Shown here one piece after another: positions 27,934-37,847 of a DNA stretch of 64,000 bases. The stretch's first letter is position 1. Each line of letters opens with the position of its first letter. Location of the stretch: contig JACPIA010000009.1 in assembly GCA_016188295.1 (NCBI GenBank), positions 1,509-65,508 of the forward strand, read 5' to 3'. The stretch is from Candidatus Vogelbacteria bacterium. Lineage in GTDB: Bacteria > Patescibacteriota > Minisyncoccia > Phycocordibacterales > XYD1-FULL-46-19. The translations under genes and the position numbers were made by a program. The notes beneath the pieces are model-generated. The model did not search any database. It worked only from the letters and a program-made list of their open reading frames with translations, and was not told the origin of the DNA.

Positions 27934-28187
27934 ATTTTCCTTTTTCTCCAAACAGGCCCAATTATTCGTAATTGGGCCTGTGTTATGTCTAAACCCATTG
28001 TCAACCTCACCGGCCTAAAGGCCGGAGCTTGCACTGTTCCGTTCTGCTTCCCATTGCTTGTCGATATATTCACGTACCGTGGCTTCTTTTGGATTTCAAA
28101 AACCCTTGGCGAATTCTGGCGGAAACCCCTGTCGCGTCGCTTTGCGACGGTCCGAATTTTGGCGAAAACGGCGATTCTATTTTTTTG

Positions 28188-28258
28188 CTGCCAGACTTGG
28201 ATTCGAACCAAGATACTCGCCTCCAAAGGGCGAAGTCCTACCATTAGACGATCTGGCA
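28188..28258 (-). tRNA. tRNA-Gln (anticodon TTG)
   Basis: Manual fold of the minus strand: acceptor TGCCAGA/TCTGGCA (U1:A72 as in bacterial tRNA-Gln), anticodon stem TCGCC/GGCGA, loop CTTTGGA, T-arm CTTGG-TTCGAAT-CCAAG. No encoded CCA. Confidence 0.8.
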
Positions 28259-28309
28259 ATACCTACAGACTATGCCATATTTTAATTCAATTTCCAAACA
28301 GCACTGGAG

Positions 28310-29344
28310 TTACTTTTCGGTTAATAATTTAACTAGCGCCAGTTCGAGAGGTAGTTGAGGTACATACGGATTCTCTAGGCGGAGAGAGGCAACCAAGAGC
28401 TCACGGAGGAGATCCGGAAGCATTGTGCTAGTCGGTTTGATCACCACTTCGGTCAAAAATTTTTCCTCATCCTTATCAGTCTCATTAAAAATATCAGTTT
28501 TTAAATCGGGTGAGTATTTAAGAAGCATCGCTAATCGCACCTCCCGAAGCAATAGTCTAATAAATAAATTAATGTCTTTGTTCTCTGCTACTGCTTGCGC
28601 CACCACACTTAAAGCTCCAGCTAAATCATGATTAAGGGTGGTTAGGATTAAATTATAGACCAACCATGAACTTGGCGCACCAGTGATCGCTTCCACTTCT
28701 TTAGTGGTAATTTTTTTATCTTTACTACTGCTAATTACTTTTTGGACAAGACCTAAAGTATCGCGGAAAGAACCGTCACCTAAAAAAGCTAGCACACTGG
28801 CTGCCCCTTCATCAAAAATATAACCCTCTTCTTTACCTACCGTGACCACTAATTTTTTAAGTATCTCGTTGGTCGGACGTTTGAAAACGAATGTTTGACA
28901 GCGTGAGATAATAGTGTCCGGTACTTTCGCTAAATCAGTAGTGGCTAAAATAAAGATCACGTGTGCCGGCGGTTCTTCCACTGTTTTAAGGAGAGCATTC
29001 CAGGCCTCTTTGGTGAGCATGTGAACCTCATCGATAATATACACTTTAACTTTAGATTCGAAGGGTAAAGTGTTGACCGCTTCACGAAGTTCGCGAATCT
29101 CATCAATGCCGCGATTGGATGCGGCATCGATCTCATATAAATCATGACCTTTACAACCAAGTTCTCTGGCTAAAATTCGCGCAACACTGGTTTTACCCGT
29201 CCCCCGTGAACCGGAAAAGAGATAGGCATGAGTGGTGGTCTCATTTTTAAGCGAGCCCTTAAGTACTGAGACAATGTGATCTTGACCGATCACTCTAGCA
29301 AAACTGTCCGGCCGATATTTACGATAAAGAGTTTGAAGCGACAT
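28310..29344 (-). CDS. dnaX: DNA polymerase III gamma/tau subunit (short form)
   Basis: YRPDSFARVIGQDHIV...LFSGSRGTGKTSVARILA (Walker A), DEVHML, SRC sensor. Confidence 0.85.
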   Translation of the reverse strand: MSLQTLYRKYRPDSFARVIGQDHIVSVLKGSLKNETTTHAYLFSGSRGTGKTSVARILARELGCKGHDLYEIDAASNRGIDEIRELREAVNTLPFESKVKVYIIDEVHMLTKEAWNALLKTVEEPPAHVIFILATTDLAKVPDTIISRCQTFVFKRPTNEILKKLVVTVGKEEGYIFDEGAASVLAFLGDGSFRDTLGLVQKVISSSKDKKITTKEVEAITGAPSSWLVYNLILTTLNHDLAGALSVVAQAVAENKDINLFIRLLLREVRLAMLLKYSPDLKTDIFNETDKDEEKFLTEVVIKPTSTMLPDLLRELLVASLRLENPYVPQLPLELALVKLLTEK

Positions 29345-30347
29345 AGCTATTATTTAGTATAACAGACACCCCTTGAGCCGTCTCGGCTGACATTAACTCT
29401 TCTCTGATTTTGGCAGTATTAGGCCAATCTTTAACGTAAGCACCAAAAAATTTACGCATGACCGCAAAATTTTTAGTATGACCGCCAAACAGCGCATTAT
29501 TAGTTGGACCCGGACGATATAGCTGTTCAAACAATCTCGCATGTTCTTGTAATTTAAGTAACCGATCTGTAATGGTAATATTTGTTTGATCGCTAAAAAG
29601 CCAAGGGTGGCCATAAATTGCTCGGCCAAGCATTATCCCGTCTAAATTATAGTCAGCGGCTTTTTGTTTAGCCTCGGCCACCGTTTTAACATCGCCGTTA
29701 GCTAAAGTTAAAACGCCGGTACCGGTAGCTAATCTGACTAACTCCCCCGCGAGTTTCCAATGAGCGGCCACTTTAGACATTTCTTTGCGGGTGCGCAAAT
29801 GCCATGTAATTGCCGCTGGTTTTGCCTCGATTAATTTAGGGCCCCAGGTTTCAAATTCCATAGTGTTGTAACCTAAACGAGTTTTAACCGAAACCGGCAA
29901 ACCCGATCCCTCTTTAGCAGCTAAGATAATTTCTTGAGCTAATAAGGAACTTTTAATCAGCGCCGCCCCGGCTCCCTGCTTCTCGATTGTTTTATCCGGA
30001 CAGCCCATATTGATGTCGATACCGACAAAACCGAGACTGGCGACCAGTTTGGCCGCCTCAAACATTTTGTCGGGTTTAGAGCCAAATAGTTGAGCGATTA
30101 TCGGCTGTTCAATCGGGGTAAAATAAAGCTCGCGCAATAATTTAACTCGCCCCTTGTCCGAGCATAGACCATCAGCCGAAACAAATTCGGTAAAAAATAA
30201 ATCTGGTTGCCCACACCCGGCAATAATTTGTCTAAAAGCCGAGTCAGTCACATCGGCCATCGGGGCTAAGACAATGATCGGTCGATTTAAACTCTGCCAA
30301 ATATTAGTCATTAAATTTGTAAAATACTTTATTGCCAAAGCGCACAT
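29319..30347 (-). CDS. dus: tRNA-dihydrouridine synthase
   Basis: IVLAPMADVTDSAFRQII..., TIM-barrel Dus motifs, catalytic Cys in GIDINMGCP. Confidence 0.85.
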   Translation of the reverse strand: MCALAIKYFTNLMTNIWQSLNRPIIVLAPMADVTDSAFRQIIAGCGQPDLFFTEFVSADGLCSDKGRVKLLRELYFTPIEQPIIAQLFGSKPDKMFEAAKLVASLGFVGIDINMGCPDKTIEKQGAGAALIKSSLLAQEIILAAKEGSGLPVSVKTRLGYNTMEFETWGPKLIEAKPAAITWHLRTRKEMSKVAAHWKLAGELVRLATGTGVLTLANGDVKTVAEAKQKAADYNLDGIMLGRAIYGHPWLFSDQTNITITDRLLKLQEHARLFEQLYRPGPTNNALFGGHTKNFAVMRKFFGAYVKDWPNTAKIREELMSAETAQGVSVILNNSYVASNSLS

Positions 30348-31167
30348 CTAGATAATCAAGCAAGATGTGTTTAGTTTTAAACTCTTGCTGGAAGGTGTTG
30401 GAGTGCCATACTGACGATAAATTACGCCCAGTTACTTCTAAATCTTGATCAAGATCAATTCGCAGTTGCCAAGTCAAGATCGGACCAAGATTATAATTTC
30501 TGACGGTAAATACCGCATCCCCCGCCGGCCAAAGTTCCGCCGACTCAAACCGGATTACATCGCTCGAGGTCGTAGCTAGTAGTGATGGGCCAGCGGCCGC
30601 GAATTGGACCAGTTTGAGTAAATAAAAAGCCGGTACTGGCTCGGCCGGCAGAGTGACCGGTGAGGTTGTTCCAATGATCTCAAAAAAGAGGGCTCTAGAA
30701 AACCACGGTGCCGGCGCGTACACTAAACCAGTCTGATCAATAAAAAAACATCGATCATGACCTACCCCCACACACCAAAGGGCCAATGGCGAGCGTTCGA
30801 CTATCTTAATCTCCACTTCATTAAAATTACGGCGATAAATCTCAACTCTTTGTAATCGTGGTAAAGTAGTTGATAATTGCTGTTTAATTTTAGCTATCGG
30901 GTACCAGACAATATGATTTTTAGGAATTACATAAAAATAACGACCAACACTCAATGATTCGACCACTAGCATGATCTCACTGTCAGTGACGACCTTATTA
31001 CCGACGACCGTTACAGTTTTGATTTGCAACCACGGTGTCTCAATCATAAAAACTAAACTAGCTAAAATCAAAATAGCGAGTGCCAACCACCAATAATAGC
31101 GCCGTGAGCGTTCACGACGGCGCAACTTATTAGAGCGCTCTAAAACCTCGCGATGAGATAAAGTCAT
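30304..31167 (-). CDS. ftsQ: Cell division protein FtsQ/DivIB-like (POTRA domain)
   Basis: Basic cytoplasmic N-terminus, one TM, then IKTVTVVGNKVVTDSEI...RVEIYRRNFNEVEIKIVERSPLALW. Confidence 0.55.
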   Translation of the reverse strand: MTLSHREVLERSNKLRRRERSRRYYWWLALAILILASLVFMIETPWLQIKTVTVVGNKVVTDSEIMLVVESLSVGRYFYVIPKNHIVWYPIAKIKQQLSTTLPRLQRVEIYRRNFNEVEIKIVERSPLALWCVGVGHDRCFFIDQTGLVYAPAPWFSRALFFEIIGTTSPVTLPAEPVPAFYLLKLVQFAAAGPSLLATTSSDVIRFESAELWPAGDAVFTVRNYNLGPILTWQLRIDLDQDLEVTGRNLSSVWHSNTFQQEFKTKHILLDYLDVRFGNKVFYKFND

Positions 31168-31173
31168 ACTGAT

Positions 31174-32433
31174 TTAGACTAAATACTCGCCGTCAAAATA
31201 CGGTCGCAAAGCAGTCGGTATCTTTACCCGACCATCTTTGGTCTGATAATTCTCTATCACCGACACCAATAAACGAGGAGTCGCCGCTAAGGTCCCATTT
31301 AAAGAGTGAGCAAAACGGAGCTTACCTTCGACATCTTTGTATTTAGTATTAAGACGACGAGTCTGAAAATCGTGGAAGTAAGAGATCGAATGAGTTTCAC
31401 GATACTTACCTTCGGCTGGTACCCAAGCTTCAATATCATATTTTTTGACCTGGCCTAAACCTAAATCACCACTACAATTAACAACCACCCGATAGGGCAA
31501 CCCTAAAACTTGCATTAATTTTTCTGCCGTCTCTAGCAACGCCTCATGCCAGCGGACACTCTCCTCGTGATTAGCCTCGCATAAAATTACTTGCTCCACT
31601 TTATAAAACTCGTGGACTCGGATTAAACCCTTAGTATCTTTACCGTGACTCCCGGCCTCGCGACGGAAACAAGGTGAAAAGGCAGCGATTTTTTTAGGCA
31701 ACTCGGTGACGGGAATGACCTCATCTAAAAAGTAGCCCATGGTCGCCACCTCGGCCGTGCCAGCTAAAAAGTCACCATCTTGGGTTTGATACAAATCATC
31801 AATTCCTTGCGGTAAATAACCCGTCCCTAAAAAAGCCTCCGGTCGGACAAGTGACGGCACAATCATCTGCTCAAAACCATCTTTAGAGAGTAGTTCCCGT
31901 GCTAATTGCCATAAAACAAATGAGAGTGTAACCGCCCCACCCGTAAGGAAGTAACCCCGAAAACCGGCTACTTTAGCACCACGTTCAAAATCAACTAAAT
32001 GATGCTGTCCCAACAACACCGTGTGATCTCGTGGTTGAAAATCAAAATTAGGCTTGTCACCCCACACCTTAAGCTCTACATTATCCGCCTCAGTGTCACC
32101 CTCTGACACCGACATGTCCGGAATATTGGGCACCTCCAGCATCAGTTTTTGCCACTCTCTGGTAGTTTCGCGCAATCGCTCCTCGCCTAAAGTAAGTGCT
32201 TCTTTGACTTTCTTCATCTCACTAATTAAAGTTTGCTTGTCATCGTTGTTTACTTTAGCAATAGCGTCACTAGCCTCATTTTGTTTGGCTCGTAAAGCTT
32301 CGACTTCTCGGAGCACTACCAAACGTGAATCATCTAAAGTAATTAACTGATCAAGATTAACGGTTAAGCGTTTTTTGCGTACCGCCTCTTTAACCAAATC
32401 TAGATTCTCGCGGATAAATTTAATATCAAGCAT
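31174..32433 (-). CDS. serS: Seryl-tRNA synthetase
   Basis: N-terminal coiled-coil arm, class II motifs (FRREAGSHGKDTKGLIRVHEF; GYFLTG). Confidence 0.9.
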   Translation of the reverse strand: MLDIKFIRENLDLVKEAVRKKRLTVNLDQLITLDDSRLVVLREVEALRAKQNEASDAIAKVNNDDKQTLISEMKKVKEALTLGEERLRETTREWQKLMLEVPNIPDMSVSEGDTEADNVELKVWGDKPNFDFQPRDHTVLLGQHHLVDFERGAKVAGFRGYFLTGGAVTLSFVLWQLARELLSKDGFEQMIVPSLVRPEAFLGTGYLPQGIDDLYQTQDGDFLAGTAEVATMGYFLDEVIPVTELPKKIAAFSPCFRREAGSHGKDTKGLIRVHEFYKVEQVILCEANHEESVRWHEALLETAEKLMQVLGLPYRVVVNCSGDLGLGQVKKYDIEAWVPAEGKYRETHSISYFHDFQTRRLNTKYKDVEGKLRFAHSLNGTLAATPRLLVSVIENYQTKDGRVKIPTALRPYFDGEYLV

Positions 32434-32474
32434 TTATCTCCTACAATACCAAAATTTGTTACAATACACCATAT

Positions 32475-33338
32475 ATGGCACAGATTGAGATCCTTTTGCC
32501 GTCCGATTACCCACCCTATTTAGCTGAGATTCCCGAGCCGCCAACCAAACTATTTATTGAGGGCAATTTGCCGGGCCCGGATTACCATTTACTCACCGTG
32601 GTAGGTTCGCGTAAATTCTCGCAGTATGGTCGCGAAGCGTGCGAAAAATTGATTACTGGTCTGCGTGGTTACCCGGTGGCAATCGTGTCCGGACTCGCTT
32701 TAGGGATAGATACTATTGCTCATCAAGCAGCCTTAAAAGCAAAGCTACCCACCATCGCCTTCCCCGGCTCTGGTTTAGATCGTAAAGTATTGCATCCCCA
32801 CTCCAACCGGCGCTTAGCCGATGAGATCGTGGCCGCCGGTGGAGCACTAGTGGCCGAGTTTCCACCGACTATGCCAGCCGGTTTACATACCTTTCCTAAA
32901 CGTAACCGTTTAATGGCTGGCTTAGCTGAAGCAACTTTAGTGATTGAGGCTGGCGAAAAATCGGGGACTTTAATTACCGCGCGACTGGCCCTAGATTATA
33001 ATCGGGAGGTGCTAGCCATACCAGGCTCAATCTTTAGCCCTAGTACTTTAGGAACTAATGAATTAATTAGAAGAGGCGCAACAGTGGTCACCAAGTCCGA
33101 ACATATTTTAGATGTGTTTGATTTAGTCCAAGTCGGCGTTGTTAGCCAACCAACTTTATTCGAAAAAGTATCTGATAAAGAAAAAATCATTTTAGAGTTA
33201 TTAGCGATCGAGCCTTTGCCCCGCGACGAAGTGATCGCTCGCTCCCTACTTACCATCAGTGAAGCCAATACCACTTTAGCGATGTTAGAAATCAAAGGCG
33301 TGATTATGGAGAGTTTAGGTGAGATTAGATTAATGTAA
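32475..33338 (+). CDS. dprA: DNA processing protein DprA/Smf
   Basis: VVGSRKFSQYGREA...IVSGLALGIDTIAHQAAL...RNRLMAGLAEATLVIEAGEKSGTLITA. Confidence 0.85.
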   Translation: MAQIEILLPSDYPPYLAEIPEPPTKLFIEGNLPGPDYHLLTVVGSRKFSQYGREACEKLITGLRGYPVAIVSGLALGIDTIAHQAALKAKLPTIAFPGSGLDRKVLHPHSNRRLADEIVAAGGALVAEFPPTMPAGLHTFPKRNRLMAGLAEATLVIEAGEKSGTLITARLALDYNREVLAIPGSIFSPSTLGTNELIRRGATVVTKSEHILDVFDLVQVGVVSQPTLFEKVSDKEKIILELLAIEPLPRDEVIARSLLTISEANTTLAMLEIKGVIMESLGEIRLM

Positions 33339-33453
33339 ATAAAAACCAAGTATACCAAATCTCCGTATATACGTGGAAGTGGTATACTTAAATAAAAGAC
33401 TTAAATTCAATTAAATTGCGGTAAAATGTTTTTTGTAGTATTACTTAAGGGAC

Positions 33454-35664
33454 ATGAAATTGTTAATTGTCGAATCGCCGGCGAAAGCGAAAACTATTTC
33501 TAAATATTTAAATGATGAGTACACCGTCCGCGCGTCGGTGGGTCATATTCGAGATCTCCCTAAATCTAATAAAGATGCGATTGACATCAAAGCCGGCTTT
33601 ATCCCCCACTACGAGATTAGTAAAGGTAAAGAGAAGGTCGTGGCCGATTTAAAAGCGTTAGCTAAAAAATCAAGTGAGATCTTACTCGCGACCGACCCCG
33701 ACCGCGAAGGTGAGGCCATTGCTTGGCACGTCGCCGAGATTTTGAATCTCGGAAATAAAAAATCCGAAATAACAAATAACAAAATTAAACGTGTCGTCTT
33801 TCATGAGATTACTAAAGAGGCGGTGCAAGAAGCAATTAAACAACCACGCGATATTGATGATGATTTGCGGCGCGCGCAAGAAGCGCGCCGCGTTCTCGAT
33901 CGCCTCTTTGGTTATGATCTCTCCGGTCTTATTTGGCAAAAAGTCCGCTATGGCCTCTCGGCTGGCCGGGTACAATCTCCAGCCCTCCGGATTTTAGTCG
34001 AGCGTGAACGCGAGATTAAAACCTTTATCCCTGAGGCCTTTTGGGTCTTAACCGGTTTATTTAAACTAAAAAACGGTACCGAAATGCCCGCCACTTGTGT
34101 GGTCGAGCCTAAGACCGAAGCTGAGGCTAATGACATTGTATCTCGAGGCCAAAAAGCTACTTGGCAAATTAATGACGTTGAGGAGAGTGAGACTAAACGC
34201 CAACCGCGCGCGCCCTTTACCACCTCAACTTTACAACAAACCGCCTCCTCGCGTTTAGGCTACTCGCCAAGCATGACTATGCGCCTAGCTCAAAAGTTAT
34301 ATGAGGCCGGACACATTACTTACATGCGTACCGACAGTACTAATTTAAGCCAAGTAGCAATTAAAGAGATTGAGCAAGTCGTTAATAAACAATATGGCGC
34401 GGGCTTATTTGAGTATCACGCTTACACTACTAAAAGTAAAAATGCCCAAGAGGCTCACGAGGCGGTCCGCCCCACTCACGCCTCCATTAAAAGTGCCGGC
34501 GCCAGTGGACCAGAAAAAAAGTTATATGAATTAATTTGGCAACGGGCCGTGGCCAGTCAAATGCAGACGGCTTTAATTAAGCGGACTAAAATTACACTCA
34601 AAGCTAGCGACGCTAAAGTACCCCTTTATGCCACTAACGGCTCGCGCACCATCTCCCCCGGCTGGTTATTAGCCGATCCGGACGCTCGCGGGGAGGAGGT
34701 GGAGTTGCCTGAGGTCAATATGGACGACTCCGTGACTGTTATTAAATTAGAATCGGAAGGTAAAGAAACCCTCCCACCTAATCGCTACACCGAAGCTGGT
34801 TTAGTTAAGGAATTGGAAAAACGTGGTATTGGCCGCCCGAGTACCTACGCCAGTATTATTAAAACGGTCATTGATCGCGGTTATGTCAATAAAGAGGGTC
34901 GGGCGTTAAAACCAACCGAAATCGGTGAGGTGGTCAGCACTTTTTTAGAGAATCATTTTGGTAATTATATTAGTGATTCCTTTACTGCCGAGATGGAGGA
35001 TGAGCTCGATGAGATCGCCACCGGCAAACGAGAGTACACTAAAACGCTTGAAGATTTTTACACTCCCTTTACTAAAAGTGTCAGGGAGAAAAAGGACATC
35101 ACTAAAATTACCGACCTTGGCCCGGCTCCGGCGGAGATGAAATGCCCGGAGTGTAACGGCCAAATGATTATTAAATTAAGCCGGACGGGTAAGTTTTACA
35201 GTTGTGCTCGCTTTCCCGACTGTACTGGCGCCCGGACGATGGAGGGCAATGTTTTAGAAGGTCCAAAAGAGACGGGCGAAAAATGCCCTGATTGTGTCAA
35301 GGGCAAATTAGTCTCACGCGAGGGCCGCTTTGGGATGTTTGTGGCTTGTAACCGTTACCCTAAATGTAAATTTATTAAAAAAGATGATACTGCCGAGCAA
35401 CCGGGCGACACTGGGGTAACGTGCCCCATTTGTAAAACGGGTACTATGGTAGAGAAGCGCGGTCGCTTTGGCTTATTTTATGGCTGCTCCAACTACCCTA
35501 AATGTAAACATATTATTAAAAGTAAGCCGACGGGCCAAATCTGTAATTACCATCGTGAAATTGGCCCCTGCACCCAATTAATGATGGAAGGGACCAAAAC
35601 CATCCCCGAGCGTTGTAGCGACAAAGCATGTCCCAACCACAATCCTCATAAACTCCCAAAATAG
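33454..35664 (+). CDS. topA: DNA topoisomerase I with C-terminal zinc ribbons
   Basis: MKLLIVESPAKAKTISKYL (Toprim), active-site region with Tyr (GHITYMRTDS), four C4 zinc-ribbon motifs at the C-terminus. Confidence 0.9.
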   Translation: MKLLIVESPAKAKTISKYLNDEYTVRASVGHIRDLPKSNKDAIDIKAGFIPHYEISKGKEKVVADLKALAKKSSEILLATDPDREGEAIAWHVAEILNLGNKKSEITNNKIKRVVFHEITKEAVQEAIKQPRDIDDDLRRAQEARRVLDRLFGYDLSGLIWQKVRYGLSAGRVQSPALRILVEREREIKTFIPEAFWVLTGLFKLKNGTEMPATCVVEPKTEAEANDIVSRGQKATWQINDVEESETKRQPRAPFTTSTLQQTASSRLGYSPSMTMRLAQKLYEAGHITYMRTDSTNLSQVAIKEIEQVVNKQYGAGLFEYHAYTTKSKNAQEAHEAVRPTHASIKSAGASGPEKKLYELIWQRAVASQMQTALIKRTKITLKASDAKVPLYATNGSRTISPGWLLADPDARGEEVELPEVNMDDSVTVIKLESEGKETLPPNRYTEAGLVKELEKRGIGRPSTYASIIKTVIDRGYVNKEGRALKPTEIGEVVSTFLENHFGNYISDSFTAEMEDELDEIATGKREYTKTLEDFYTPFTKSVREKKDITKITDLGPAPAEMKCPECNGQMIIKLSRTGKFYSCARFPDCTGARTMEGNVLEGPKETGEKCPDCVKGKLVSREGRFGMFVACNRYPKCKFIKKDDTAEQPGDTGVTCPICKTGTMVEKRGRFGLFYGCSNYPKCKHIIKSKPTGQICNYHREIGPCTQLMMEGTKTIPERCSDKACPNHNPHKLPK

Positions 35665-35667
35665 AAT

Positions 35668-36348
35668 CTACCACAGAGGACCGTCCTCTGTGGTAGTAAG
35701 TGTGTTATAATTTAGCCAATCTTCTAAAAATTGTTCAAAATCCAAATTGGACTCAAAATAGGTTGGGAAAGATTTTTGGTCTAAAATCCTAGATTCTTGG
35801 CGACTATCACCAATATAATCTTGATAGCTAGAATATCGGTAATCAGACAAATATTTCTTGGTTTTAATTATATTTTTTATACCATCTTCCCGCCAATTTG
35901 GTTCAATTAATTTAACTGGGTTTAAATGAATATAAGAAAACAAGTATTTAAGGTAGCGATCAGCATCAATATATTGGGCTTGAAAACGACTCTCAAATAG
36001 AGAACCACGTCTTTTCTTGGTCAAATTAAAATACATCGAATAAGCCGTCAGCAATTTCTTCATAAACAAACTAGTCCCGCCCTCTCGATGCTCTCGAATC
36101 AATAAATGGAAATGGTTAGGCATTAGACAATAAGAACCAATACTGACTAATGTTTTTTGTCGATCAAAGTCAAAAATTTTATTTGGTGGTATATCTCGTA
36201 CTGTGATACTCCTAGTAGAATTACAAAGGTAGAGTAGTTTAATAAAACGATTATAATCAGAGTGATTTAGAAAAATATTTCTTTTGTCATTGCCACGGCT
36301 GTAAATATGATAATATTCATCAATGGCAAATTCGATCTTACGTTCCAT
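35668..36348 (-). CDS. Y1 HuH tyrosine transposase (IS200-like / REP-associated RAYT-like)
   Basis: HuH motif CLMPNHFHLLI. Downstream catalytic-Tyr motif YIHLNPVKL, as in RAYTs (YIxxNPV). 226 aa. Confidence 0.65.
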   Translation of the reverse strand: MERKIEFAIDEYYHIYSRGNDKRNIFLNHSDYNRFIKLLYLCNSTRSITVRDIPPNKIFDFDRQKTLVSIGSYCLMPNHFHLLIREHREGGTSLFMKKLLTAYSMYFNLTKKRRGSLFESRFQAQYIDADRYLKYLFSYIHLNPVKLIEPNWREDGIKNIIKTKKYLSDYRYSSYQDYIGDSRQESRILDQKSFPTYFESNLDFEQFLEDWLNYNTLTTTEDGPLW

Positions 36349-36383
36349 TACTACATCTTACCACAGAGGACGGTCCTCTGTGG
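35668..36383 (-). mobile_element. IS200/RAYT-like minimal element: Y1 (HuH) transposase gene bracketed by inverted REP-like hairpins
   Basis: Hairpins CTACCACAGAGGA-CCG-TCCTCTGTGGTAG (35668-35696) and CCACAGAGGA-CGG-TCCTCTGTGG (36361-36383) flank the ORF exactly. The interior is visibly more AT-rich than topA and rel on either side. Confidence 0.65.
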
Positions 36384-36407
36384 TGGTGGACATGGTATAA
36401 TTTTAAA

Positions 36408-37847
36408 ATGGCAGAAATATCTGGATTAAAAGAGTTAATTGATCTATTACCGGCTGATACCCAAATTGGTTTAATTGAGCGAGCGTACACGTTTGCGACC
36501 CAAGCCCATGCTGGTCAAAAAAGATTTTCCGGCGAGGACTATATTACTCACCCGGTGGAGGTAGCTAAAATTTTAGCCACCATGCGAGCCGATATCGAGA
36601 CCATTGTCGCCGGCCTTCTTCATGATGTTTTAGAAGACACTACAGTAACTCGCCCAGAATTGGTTAAAGAATTTGGTGAGACGGTCACTTTTTTAGTCGA
36701 CGGCGTTACTAAACTCGGTCAACTTAAATACCAAGGAGTAGAGCGCCACGTTGAGAGCCTACGCAAATTATTTGTGGCAATGGCTAAAGATTTGCGGGTA
36801 ATTATGATCCGCTTAGCTGACCGCCTGCATAATATCCGGACTTTAAATCATATCCCTAAGAATAAACAAAAACGAATCGCCATCGAGACGCTGGAAATTT
36901 ACGCTCCGCTCGCTAATCGTCTCGGAATGTGGAAAATCAAAGGCAGTTTAGAAGATAGTGCCTTTCCTTACGCTTACCCTAAAGAGTATGCGCTGGTAGT
37001 GACTTTGCGTAAGACTAAAGGCCGGGAGAGTGTTAAGCGATTAGAAAAGTTGTATCGCACTCTTTCACGTGAAGCTATCACTCAAGGGATTAAAGATATT
37101 AAAATTGAATATCGGATCAAATATTTATACAGCTTGTATGAAAAGTTAAAGAAACATGATATGAATATTGATCAAATTTACGATCTCTCGGCCTTACGCG
37201 TGATTGTGCCAACAGTAGCTGACTGTTACCAAATACTCGGTTTAATCCATACTTTGTGGAAACCGGTCTCTGGCCGTCTTAAGGATTATGTAGCCAATCC
37301 TAAACCTAATGGCTATCAAAGTATTCACACCACTATTTTTGTGGGAGATAACAGTATGGCTGAAGTTCAGATTCGCACCGAGCTTATGCATGAGAAAGCG
37401 GAGTATGGTGTAGCCTCGCATTTAATTTACGACGAGCACGGCAAAACTAAAAAGACCCGCTTGACTGATCCTAAATTGGCCTGGCTTAATAAATTACTCG
37501 AGTGGCAAAAACATCCTCATCAATCGGAGGATTATCTGGCCATCCTTAAAACTGACTTTTTTGAGGATCGGATTTTTGTCTTTACGCCCAAAGGCGATGT
37601 TATTGAGCTACCGGTGGGAGCAACGCCCCTTGATTTTGCATATGCTATCCACTCCGAGATTGGTGATCATGCTAATGGTGCCACGGTAAATGGTAAATTT
37701 GTGGCTTTGATGACCCCACTAAAAACTGATGACATAGTCCTGATTGAAACTAAAAAATCAAGTAAACCTTCCGTTAAGTGGCTGGAACATGTTAAAACCG
37801 GCATGGCCCGCAAACACATTAAGTCGTATATTCAAAAATTGAATTAA
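36408..37847 (+). CDS. rel: Short RelA/SpoT-homolog (HD hydrolase, synthetase and TGS domains; no ACT domain)
   Basis: HPVEVAKILA...HDVLEDT (HD). RVIV...GRLKDYVANPKPNGYQSIHT (synthetase). IFVFTPKGDVIELPVGATPLDFAYAIHSEIG (TGS). Confidence 0.85.
   Translation: MAEISGLKELIDLLPADTQIGLIERAYTFATQAHAGQKRFSGEDYITHPVEVAKILATMRADIETIVAGLLHDVLEDTTVTRPELVKEFGETVTFLVDGVTKLGQLKYQGVERHVESLRKLFVAMAKDLRVIMIRLADRLHNIRTLNHIPKNKQKRIAIETLEIYAPLANRLGMWKIKGSLEDSAFPYAYPKEYALVVTLRKTKGRESVKRLEKLYRTLSREAITQGIKDIKIEYRIKYLYSLYEKLKKHDMNIDQIYDLSALRVIVPTVADCYQILGLIHTLWKPVSGRLKDYVANPKPNGYQSIHTTIFVGDNSMAEVQIRTELMHEKAEYGVASHLIYDEHGKTKKTRLTDPKLAWLNKLLEWQKHPHQSEDYLAILKTDFFEDRIFVFTPKGDVIELPVGATPLDFAYAIHSEIGDHANGATVNGKFVALMTPLKTDDIVLIETKKSSKPSVKWLEHVKTGMARKHIKSYIQKLN

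Noticed and set aside
27930-28332. ORFs 27930..28259 (-), 27985..28332 (+), 28029..28247 (+), 28058..28285 (+)
   Set aside because: All run across tRNA-Gln (28188-28258) and the hairpin-rich spacer. The translations are low-complexity and mutually overlapping, consistent with chance ORFs in structured non-coding DNA.
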